Positions 54,091 to 64,000 of a DNA stretch of 64,000 bases are shown piece after piece; positions within the stretch are counted from its first letter, which is position 1, and every line of letters begins with the position of its first letter. The notes under the pieces are model-generated. The model saw nothing but the letters and a program-made list of their open reading frames with translations, ran no database searches and had not been told where the DNA came from. The DNA is taken from contig OX597815.1 in NCBI GenBank assembly GCA_951406725.2, positions 158,224,001-158,288,000 of the forward strand. Direction: 5' to 3'. The translations under genes were made by a program, and so were the position numbers. Source of the stretch: Octopus vulgaris (Eukaryota).

Positions 54091-54430
54091 TGTATGTATG
54101 TATGTATGTATGTATGTATGTATGTATGTATGTATGTGTATGTATGTATGTATGTGTGTGTGTGTATGTATGTATGTATGTATGTATGTATGTATGTATG
54201 TATGTCTGTATGTATGTGTGTTTGTGTCTGGTTGCCTCCACCACCGTTTGACAATCGCTGTTGGTGTGTTTACGACCCGTAACTTAGCGGTTCGGCAAAA
54301 GAGTCCGATAGAATTATTACCAGGTCTCAAAAAAAAAAAAGTACTGGGGTCGATTCACTCGACTAAAAATTCTTCAAAGCGATGCTCCAGCATGGACGCA
54401 GTCTTAATGACTGAAACAAGAAAAAGAAAG
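53634..54430 (+). mobile_element. SINE family A whose spacer carries a PLE pLTR-like insert
   Basis: Head 53634-53790, tail 54215-54430, insert 53870-54058. Confidence 0.7.
53870..54058 (-). mobile_element. PLE pLTR-like fragment with decayed hammerhead motif
   Basis: Minus: TCTTTT-CTATGGA-A-GAGC ttag GCTC-GAAA-C-GTT^AAAGA. Homologous to about 4995-5190. Confidence 0.6.
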
Positions 54431-54819
54431 TAAATGGTATATAGGTATTCCAACACAGGACTTCCTTATATTTTTCCAGATCTACATTAACTAACATGTC
54501 CCTTCTTATTTTTAGACAGTAAATGCGATATAAAGGAGACTTTGTTGCTAGACTCCCTCTTTATTCGAAAGTAGATTGTGACTTTATCTGTTAGACATAA
54601 TAAAAGAACAAACATACAAATTTTAATTGATAATTTATTTTTAAAGGGATGTTGAGCATTTATTTATGTAATAAATATATGGGTTTGCTTATTCCCAATG
54701 CTTTTTTTAATAAGCAGAAATAACCACGTAAGAGTTAAATGCAATGATTCACGAAAATATTAGGAGCTAGCTAACACTAGATATTCTGATCAAATTTAGT
54801 TAACTAACTGGAGATCTTG

Positions 54820-54852
<33 letters not shown>

Positions 54853-54853
54853 A

Positions 54854-54914
<61 letters not shown>

Positions 54915-54917
<3 letters not shown>

Positions 54918-55125
54918 ATCCAACAAGAAAGCACAAAAAAACACAACAACGCGAGGACGTGGAACAAATATAGTATTATTGGACGCTCAGGAAAGAAGGG
55001 AAGAAGGAGGGTTTAACGTTTCGAGCGGAGCTCTTCGTCGGAAACATAGGAGAAGGAAAGATCCAGAGAAGGAAAGACAGAGGGAAAAAATCGCCAACGG
55101 TACACACGAGGTCACATTTTGAAGG
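54915..55125 (-). mobile_element. pLTR-like repeat with hammerhead-like motif (55011-55045)
   Basis: Close reverse complement of 42540-42755, including the CCGACGA core. Confidence 0.65.
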
Positions 55126-55266
55126 ACCGGAAGTAGAAAGGGTGAAGAAAGATGTTTTCAAAGACAGATGAGTTATGGTCAAAGACAAGGAATGTAGGAG
55201 GGGGAATGTGTGTGGATGTGTGCGTGCGTGGAGTTCAGCGTGTGCGCGTGTGTGTGTATGAGTATA

Positions 55267-55810
55267 TATAATCAAAATAAGCAACAAGGATATCCAAAGG
55301 TAATGCAGCACGATCGTTTCATGCGACTCCATTTAATTGAACAATGCAAGCATTACATCAATTTAAAATGTAGAGCAATCTTCAGGTGCATAAAAATATA
55401 GAATTTAGTTAAATTCGAAGGACTCATTTGCATAATTTTCTTTTTATCCACAATCACCAAGAGAATAAGTAGATAGACAAAGAACATGTTTTATCAACCA
55501 CCAGTAAATCTGAATAACAGAAATAATCAGTGATAAGCAGTGTCCTTTTTGAAAAAATCTCAGTTACAACCGGGATGTTGTTGATAAAACATGTTTTTTG
55601 TCTATCTACATATCCTCTTGTTGATTTTGGATAAAAAGAAAATTATACAAATGAGCCCTTCGAATTTAACTAAATTCTATATTTTTATGCAGCTGAAGAT
55701 TGCTTTTTTTTAAAATTGATGTAATGTTTGCATTGTTCTATTAAATGGAGTCGCATGAAATGATCGTACTGCATTACCTCTGGATATCCTTGTTGCTTAG
55801 TTTGGTTATA
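55267..55810. repeat. Inverted pair of ~230-bp repeats, each with a long-loop hammerhead-like motif
   Basis: Arms 55267-55498 and 55580-55810. Plus strand 55687-55774: ATGCAG-CTGAAGA-tTGC(about 50 nt)GCAt-GAAA-TGATC-GTA^CTGCAT. Confidence 0.8.
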
Positions 55811-55890
55811 ATCACCTCATTTTGAATTATATAGATAATACCATATTAAATTCTGGTGCCGTTAAATTAAGTATCATATTCATCTGAATC

Positions 55891-55941
<51 letters not shown>

Positions 55942-56040
55942 ATAAAACGGTAAGATAACAAAAGAAAGAAAGAGACCTCAATATTAAGTAAATAGAGGAA
56001 ATTTATCTCTACAATAATATGTTACATTACTCGGTAGTCA

Positions 56041-56103
56041 AGATAAAACTCTGAGTTTCAGATGCCGAAGTGGAAATCCACAACACCATCTCTTCGGTTA
56101 TCT
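56041..56103 (-). ncRNA. Hammerhead-like motif in the 3' pLTR of the Penelope element
   Basis: Minus: AGATAA-CCGAAGA-GATG...CATC-T-GAAA-C TCAGA GTT^TTATCT. Stem I 6 bp, located about 190 nt after the ORF stop. Confidence 0.65.
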
Positions 56104-56295
56104 GGCTATTTGAAAACGCTATGAAAAAATACCGTTAAATAAAGGGAAATTACTGTGTTATAACTCTGCTTGCCTGCGTACTTATATATCGCTCGCATTT
56201 TTCGTCATAAAAATTATATAAAAATTCATAATAAATATATAAAAATATATAAAAATATATCAGTTCTTCTTGGGACATAACATAGAAAGCATGTT

Positions 56296-57669
56296 CTATC
56301 TGTTTTCTTTAGGGGACCAAAAACGTAACAGAAATTTAGTCACATGTGGGCATGATCCGAAAAGCTCTGTCCTTGTATTTAGACATGTAGTAGGGTCTAA
56401 GCTGCTTTTCCAGATAAGCCATCTCTCCATGTCGCATAGACCGCACCTTCCGCTGCCGTTGGTATAGGGCTTACATCTGGCCAAAATCTTCCATTGTATG
56501 TTATAATCGACACCTTTATCTCTTAAAGACCAAATATGATTAGATAATTGTGTCGCTTTTCTTTTGTTCCAGTGCCTAAAGCTCAAAGTGTGGTTATTGG
56601 ACCTGGCCTTGAAATTACCCTCTGTAAGGCCCACGTATTTCTTCGTCGAAACGGTGTCTTTAGTGGTTATAGAGTTTACGGTAGCTTCATATATGATGGT
56701 CTTGGACATGCAAGCTCCATTTAGCGGGCACAATTCTTTATTCCTGCATGAACAGCTGTTTTCTTGTTGTGTTTTTTGTATGTTATGTTTGATTATGTTT
56801 TTAAAATTGGTAGTTGAACTAAAACTAATTTTTAAATTGTGTCTATTGAAGAGTTTCCTATAAGTATGGTTAACTGGAAAATGTCTATCTATCAGTGCTA
56901 GGAAATATTTACCTATATTGAAGGCCACCTCGGGTGAGTAAGGGGGCGTAAACCAGATGACCTTCCTATTTCTATTATTCCTTTTCCTTACTGTTGGGCT
57001 AGTGATAGGTGTATATTTTATTTTTTCGCTAAAACCACTATCTTTTAAAGCCTTATTATAAACTGGGGCAACGCTATTGAAGATGTCCTCATCAGAGGAG
57101 AGGCTAGAAATCCTCTTACTAATATTTTTAACTAAATTTTTGAATACTATAGGGGGATGGCATGAACCTACATTAATATAACTTAGTCTATCATTGGGCT
57201 TCCTATAAGGCTTATAAATATTCTTATTAAGATCTAAGGAAACGTCTAAGAAATTGACAACCGTCAGGTTAGTATCTATAGTTATACTAAGTCCGAAGTA
57301 TTTCATTAACTGGATAATATCCTTCCTAAAACGATCTTGTGCTGGTCCATTTGTATTAGCTGTTAAGGCGAGGGCATCATCTTTGTAGATGGCGAAATGT
57401 ACGTTAGGGAATGTCTTACCTAGGAGAAAAAGTCCAATTAGATCACAGATGCCTGCCCCATCATATGAACCCATGCTCACATCGAAAGCGCCCTCTGTGT
57501 CGGTGTTTTTTACCCACTTTGCGTTCTCACTGAAAAGTAATGTCTTTCTAGCATGGAAGATTATGTCCTTATCATTGGTACTAATTTCTATGAAGTCGCT
57601 AGCGAAGATGAGGGCTTTATCTAGCAAATCATCCAGATAGACGATACAAAGAAAACAAGGACAGGTCAT
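56296..57669 (-). CDS. Penelope-like RT + C-terminal GIY-YIG endonuclease (457-aa open frame, N-terminally truncated)
   Basis: RT motifs FDVSMGSYDGA, IYKDD, VNFLDVSLDL, YKPYRKP, S.HP. Linker CSCRNKELCPLNGAC. Endonuclease IIYEA...KYVGLTEGNFKAR..NH. C-terminal CGLC..E...LNTRTELFGSCPH. The first RT aspartate motif is absent, so the copy is probably non-functional. Confidence 0.85.
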   Translation of the reverse strand: MTCPCFLCIVYLDDLLDKALIFASDFIEISTNDKDIIFHARKTLLFSENAKWVKNTDTEGAFDVSMGSYDGAGICDLIGLFLLGKTFPNVHFAIYKDDALALTANTNGPAQDRFRKDIIQLMKYFGLSITIDTNLTVVNFLDVSLDLNKNIYKPYRKPNDRLSYINVGSCHPPIVFKNLVKNISKRISSLSSDEDIFNSVAPVYNKALKDSGFSEKIKYTPITSPTVRKRNNRNRKVIWFTPPYSPEVAFNIGKYFLALIDRHFPVNHTYRKLFNRHNLKISFSSTTNFKNIIKHNIQKTQQENSCSCRNKELCPLNGACMSKTIIYEATVNSITTKDTVSTKKYVGLTEGNFKARSNNHTLSFRHWNKRKATQLSNHIWSLRDKGVDYNIQWKILARCKPYTNGSGRCGLCDMERWLIWKSSLDPTTCLNTRTELFGSCPHVTKFLLRFWSPKENR

Positions 57670-57759
57670 TCGGAGTTTTCTTTCCTCAGTCGAGTTCCAG
57701 ATTATCTTTGCAATTTCATCTGGTTGATAATTACCCCTAAAATATTTCTGTAATACATG

Positions 57760-57869
57760 TATAATGTATTTTATTCAGTATAAATTTCATTTGATTTCCT
57801 TCGATATTATCAGAGTAATGGCAATTTTACTGAAATTTTTAGGGGTGTCCATACTTCTGTGAGATACTG
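57760..57869. mobile_element. Tc1-like terminal fragment
   Basis: Ends GGGGTGTCCATACTTCTGTGAGATACTG|TA, resembling a Tc1 right TIR. Left boundary uncertain. Confidence 0.45.
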
Positions 57870-57871
57870 TA

Positions 57872-57937
<66 letters not shown>

Positions 57938-58075
57938 ATATAAATCGCAGTATGTGTGTGTATAATGACTGTAAGCGATGAATATCCAATACCAAACAAT
58001 CTTAATCTCTATATTTAAACTGCATTAAACTTTGGCAAGCTTACCTTTATCTATTCTGAGTTACTTGAAAGGTGA

Positions 58076-58205
58076 TACAGTTCTATATTTAAGAGATGAG
58101 GAATTATGTACATTATTTACATTATTTACAATTGACGGATATTTGTCCTCATCTTGTTTGTTGTTAACACAACGTTTCGGCTGATATACCCTCCAGCCTT
58201 CATCA
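58076..58205 (-). mobile_element. pLTR-like fragment with a hammerhead motif truncated at C3
   Basis: Minus: (t)TGATGA-A-GGCTG gagggtatat CAGCC-GAAA-C-GTT^GTGTT. The 5' strand of stem I is lost. Confidence 0.6.
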
Positions 58206-58950
58206 AAAAAATAATGTAAATTGAAAGGTGATGTTCCCTTCGCTCTCTTCTATTTGTTAATACATTTGTTTACCTACCAAAGCGTTGTTTCACTTTAAGG
58301 ATGCTTATTTACCCGTCCATTATGATATTTCGAACGCGGCATCTTTTCAGTGCGAACTGCTAAAGATTCAAAGCAGTATTCGTGAACTGAAGTCAAATTT
58401 TTCATGTCTTCATTTTTTATTACCTGAAGTCAATTTCAGAGTGGTTGTACACTGTTAGCACGTAGCAAAATACATTCCTTTAACTCTACTTTTTCAAGTA
58501 TGTATTATATTGCCATTTTTGAACGTACAGATCATACTGCTCTCCGAAAAAAAAGCTCCCTTTGCTGTTGAATAAACTAAACTCGCAGAAGGGAAGTTTT
58601 AACATCTTCGTTCAATTTCCTTACACCATTTATGTGGTTATTTCTGACAAGAAATTTCGCTTTCATGTAAAACAACTATATTTTGTAGTCATTATCCATA
58701 ATCTACTCTCGAAACACTTCAGTAGCTCTACTTTACATCGCTTGCAAACTTATATGTTCAATGATCATTAAAATGCAACGACCACCACAATAACCAGCCT
58801 TCAATTTCATTTACCGTTCCTAGGTTAATCGGAAACATAGATTGCCGCGCTACTCATAAACCTTCTAGGTAGTTCAATTATTTAGTGAAAAAATTCCAAC
58901 AAAGCAGCTTAAACCATCCAAAGGACGAGTTAGTTTGCTAGTAAGTATGA

Positions 58951-59011
<61 letters not shown>

Positions 59012-59033
59012 AATATATATATGTATGTATATA

Positions 59034-59083
<50 letters not shown>

Positions 59084-59307
59084 TCTCTCTCTCTGAGTGT
59101 GTGCGTGCAGATGTGTATTTATATCTGTATGTTTGCTCCAAGTTGTAGACCACAGTTTTGCCCCTAAGTAACTGAAGGTATTTATTTGGGCAAAAGACTA
59201 TCGTTAAATACGTGTCCACTGTTAGCTTAGCTTATAGAAGATTTTGATATATAAAGCTGCATACCTATGTCTGTCAATCAGCCTGTCTGTCCGCCTGCCT
59301 GTCTGCC

Positions 59308-59339
<32 letters not shown>

Positions 59340-59982
59340 TGTATGTATGTATGTATGTATGTATGTATGTATGTACATGTCAGGTCCATTTTTAGTGCCA
59401 CTGGTAGCGTGTAACCATATTAAGCTTTCTGGGTAAAGACGGTGGTTTTCGTTGGGCATCATGCAGGTTGAAAAACAAAACCTGCCATAGGACGAATGAA
59501 CTCAGTAGAGTCAACATCCATCCAACAGCTGGAAAATATTCCTGATTAACGGTTCACTGTCTAGGAATCTGTAGTTACAACAACCTCGGTGCATGTTTGT
59601 CCATTATCGGACACACTACATCCAGTCCTCTGTGCAAATATTGTTAGTCAGCAAGCTGGATCACCGGGTCAGTGGAAAGCTTCGCTTTCATATACGACTT
59701 AACCGCTTCATCGGTCATGCCTCTCCAGGTGCTCAGTTGTTATCTCGCCGACTTGCTCGGGTTAATTTTTGCTCCTGTCACCCCTTCATGTTTTTTGAGA
59801 ACGGTGCCAGTTACCTCAGCTTCCGCGATGTTTCAATAAATGATCATTTAATCTGATTTCTTTTGTTGTTTACAAGGTTCAAAATCGCTGGAGGCAATTC
59901 GATGACGAAATACACAACTGTGAAGTTTAGATCTAGTATAAAAGAAGTGGAAAACAACAAGATCACTAGTTAATACTAAACA

Positions 59983-60522
59983 TGAGGGTTATACCGAAAG
60001 TAATACCAAACGGGGCATAACTTTATGTCTTGACTGTCATAGGTCTCTCAAATTGCAAATGTTGGCAGAGTAACAGATCCTCTATGCAATGGGTCTATTT
60101 AATATAGTTTCCATTGTAAGCGATGCATTTGCGGATATTAACTCTCGAATTCTCTTTGAAAAATTCAAGAATACACTATTGTGTTCACTTCACAGCCGCT
60201 TTCACATCGGCTGAGTCATCAAATCTTTGTCTTCAAAGATGCCCTTCAATACTGCTTTCGTCTTGAAATTTTTTCATCCAAATGTGTACATTACTCTTCT
60301 TAATGGTGTCATCTTCATAAACAACCTGTATGTTTCTGTAGATATCGAACTTAATGACGGCACGTTGCTTGCTCTTGGAAATCGTTATTCTCCTGCAATG
60401 AAGAATAGAACGAAAAATTCCCAAAGAGAATGGGTTACTTTATCAGCATATGCAATATGAACAACTAGTATACGTTAATTAAAAAAATGCTCTCTTTTTC
60501 ATTACTTTCAGGACAATCCTCA
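59983..60522 (-). mobile_element. Old internally deleted mariner
   Basis: Imperfect TIRs TGAGGGTTATACCGAAAGTAAT / ATTACTTTCAGGACAATCCTCA. ORF 60233-60424 KQRAVIKF...QVVYEDDTIKKSNVHIWMKKF resembles the mariner N-terminal HTH. Confidence 0.6.
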
Positions 60523-60586
60523 TTTGAATGTGCGTGTGTGTGCATATACATACATACATACATACATACATACATACATACATACA

Positions 60587-60618
<32 letters not shown>

Positions 60619-61318
60619 CGTGTATATGTGCTTATGCGTATGTGTGTGCGTGCGTATGCCTGTGTGAGTGTGAGTACACACACACACACACGTGTACGTA
60701 TTATATATTATCTAACAGATTAAGATCCAAGAAAATTCGAAATTGGAAAGTACAAGAATTTAAAAAAAAAATTGTATAAAGTGGGAGACGGAAAATTGGA
60801 ACTCCGCACCCAACAGCAATACTTAAAGCGAATAAGTCTCTGAATAACTATACGAATCAGAGAACACTTATTTCTTAGAAATAATTAAAAGAAAAAAGAC
60901 GTCAGCGCAAGCTCCCATATTTATTGCTAGATTTATTGCTAAGTGAGAAGGAGATTATGTTATTATTACTTGTTTCTCAAGAGCATTAACGCGTAAAGTG
61001 AAATGAAACAGTTTTAACCATAGGGGGTAAAATGATTACTTTGGACTAAGAATACGGCTAAATTTTAAAGAGTAGGGGGATTTAGCCTCTTTTCCATAAA
61101 CCTTGGAGACCTTCCCTCATGGCTAAGCATAACATGGAGCCCTATATATTATTGGTAATTACTTTATAAAGTGGCGAATTGGCAGAATGGTTAGAGCGTG
61201 CTACAGAGTGCCATGTCGTATTTGTTTCTTCTCCCATCATCGAGTTCAAACTCCAGTGAGGTTAATTTTGTTTTTCATCTCTTCGGAGTTGATTACTAGA
61301 TTTTATTGTCCACCTCCC

Positions 61319-61370
<52 letters not shown>

Positions 61371-63269
61371 GCCTCTCTCTCTCTCTCTCAGATTTGTCGA
61401 CAGTGCTCTATATCAAGGTATTGGTAGACCCGACTCTGTGAAATAATTTTTGGTGATCCTACACTACGAGATGGTCGTGTCTGCGATTCGATAGAATAAA
61501 AGGAAATTCTACTGATGTAATTTAAAATATCTCCACGAAGTTCGGCAACGACTACCTACGTTTTACGAGTTGGTTATTGCAGATGATGACTTAACTGATC
61601 AACTCCAAAAGGCCGAGCCATAAAATAAGCTTCTATTCTAGAGGCTAGAAATAAAACTTTCTCAGAGGAAGGATGAATTTTAAGAGAATAGTAATAAACT
61701 AGAGGGCGGCGTTGGATAGAACGTCTTTGATCATATGGCTGCTCGATCAGAACAAACTTTGGGATGATCAAATTACCAATAACAAACAAAATGCCAAAAG
61801 GATGGAAGGCAAAGTTAATCCCAATACAATACAAAGACCGACATTGATATCGACGGACAGCCTATGATTTACTTTACAACAAAAAGCTTTCAAGAACATA
61901 AAATATACAAACAAATCCAAGCAATCAAGGTAGCTAATTTTACTCTTACTTAAAGGATGAAAAAGCGGAGTATCAAATGTTTATAAAAAAAGGTCTTTCT
62001 CTGAGAAAAAGAAAACAAAAAACTTAAAATCAGACAAAGAAAAGAAAGTGCTGTGGTGACAATATTATGGGATTTTTTTTTTATTGTTTCTACGAACCTT
62101 CTTTTTCTTCCTTGCTTTTTATTGACGAAGTACTGGAGTCGGTTCATTCGACTAAAAATTCTTCAAGTGTACTTCGATACGTTGAACTTACACCTGTTTG
62201 TTTCTTAAAATTTAAACTTAATTATACTGTACTCTTGTCTTAATTTTTGTTCCTGGTGTCTTAGGTATTTTACATACTGATGCAGGCCTCAGTTACTAAA
62301 TACCCAGAACAAAATATATGTTATAATATTCCAATGAAGGAGGCGTTACGTGTTTGCTCGACGCTCAGAAATTAGCTGCGAAATTTCTCACGAATCGTAC
62401 GCTATCATCTTAAAAACAGAAGACGTTCCATAATATAGCTTTATAGATAACACCTAGGCAAAATTGTGTCTGAATATAAAAAGACAGGATGGTCACTGCA
62501 AAAGTGGGGCTAATCATCTTACTTCGTAAGTATTTTTTAATTACCGCATTTAATGGCATATAAGATGTATGGTCATATTAGACGAACCCCAATTTCAGCA
62601 GCATTCATTCAAGAAAAAAGTTATCCTTGCATTGATGCATATAACATTTAAAGCAGCCTAACAACACATTAGACATTACAAAAGTACCTTGGCTATGGCA
62701 GAAAACATTCCTGTGTATAAAAAGTAAGTTAGCAGTTCAACTGGATATAAAGCAAGAGATCACGTTAAAGAAAATATCCTGCACGATTGCATATCGTCTG
62801 CTTAGAAGTAGCCTTTTGAAGTAAGCGTTAGGGACCAAATTAGCTTACAGAAGGCCTAACATCATATATAGAACCTGGGATAAATTTTGAGATATTTCTT
62901 TGAAAAACAAAAATGTATTTTACATGCAATCAAATACTGCAAATGTTTAGTGTAATTGTGTCTATTTCAACCGAAGTTGATGTTGAAATACAAAACAACA
63001 TAATACATGCCATTAAGAAATTTTCTATAATTTTGCCTTTTCTCCTCTCGCCTTCATGTGGTGTATGAAAAAAAAAACAAAAGAAAAACATGCTGAATAA
63101 TCTTAGTTATTTGAAGGAGACCCGTTGTATTCTTTTTCATATAAAACGTGGTCTTTGAAGACATTAGATAATATTTCTTATGATTACAATTTTGCTTTTC
63201 TTAATGGCTAAGAAACTTTATCCGCGTAACGTGTCTTTTGAGATGGAGGTTTAAGTGTCGTTTTTGTCG

Positions 63270-63429
<160 letters not shown>

Positions 63430-63558
63430 TTCTGATTTCTTTTCTAAGATGTAATACAATTCAAAGAAATGCCTAGACACACATAAGTACATAAAATCAT
63501 TGGATACAAGAAAATGTTAACACGCAAACATATACTGACACTCATATACAGGGACTAC

Positions 63559-63589
<31 letters not shown>

Positions 63590-63682
63590 TGTATGTATGT
63601 ATGTATGTATGTATGTATGTATGTATGTATATGTACCACACACACATACAAGTGTGTATAAGTATATACATATGAATATATA

Positions 63683-63849
63683 GGCATGGCTGTGTGGTAA
63701 GAAGCTTGCTTCCCAACCACAGGGTTCTGGGTTCAGTTCCACTATGCGACGCTTTGGGAAAGTACCTTCTAAAATAGCCTCAGGTAGACTAAAACCTTGT
63801 GAATAGACTTGATAGATGGAAACCAAAAGAAGCCCGACATGTACATATG

Positions 63850-63897
<48 letters not shown>

Positions 63898-64000
63898 GTG
63901 TGCGTGTGTGCACGTGCGTTTGTTCCTCACCACCGCGCTTGACGAACGATGATGGCGTGTTTGCTTCCCAATAACTTAGCGGTCCGGCAAAGAGACCGAT
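63683..64000 (+). mobile_element. SINE family A, running off the window end
   Basis: GGCATGGCTGTGTGGTAAGAAGCTTG...GGTTCAGTTCCAC head, spacer and partial tail. Confidence 0.8.

Larger units (their letters stand above)
55935..57669 (-). mobile_element. 5'-truncated Penelope-like retroelement
   Basis: RT + GIY-YIG ORF followed by a hammerhead-bearing 3' region that ends at a (TA)n tract. Confidence 0.88.

Noticed and set aside
59690-59830. Minus-strand peptide VLKKHEGVTGAKINPSKS resembling L1/Tx1 RT
   Set aside because: Too short and degraded to call confidently.

Overview
AT-rich, microsatellite-laden eukaryotic genomic DNA, mostly intronic or intergenic. The SINE families and repeat landscape look like an octopus (coleoid cephalopod); this is my recognition and was not verified by search. 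Almost all ORFs in the supplied track are artefacts of (TA)n, (CA)n and (TATG)n repeats. I find one convincing host coding exon (minus strand, 50108-50365): a type II membrane protein N-terminus with a TM helix and coiled coil, ending in a GTAAG donor. The rest is a dense, nested transposable element landscape. It includes several SINE families, RTE and CR1-like LINE remnants, Tc1/mariner relics (DD34D-type mariner, DD37D maT), a Merlin transposase relic with matching GGATC-ended MITEs, piggyBac-, hAT- and pogo-like MITEs, and non-autonomous Helitrons. It also holds Penelope-like elements, including a 457-aa RT + GIY-YIG ORF at 56296-57669. The most notable signal is a set of minimal hammerhead-ribozyme-like motifs from about seven distinct repeat families. 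These include one fully canonical copy (5714-5761), non-canonical cores (CCGANGA, GTGACGA), a long-loop variant and copies in inverted pairs.
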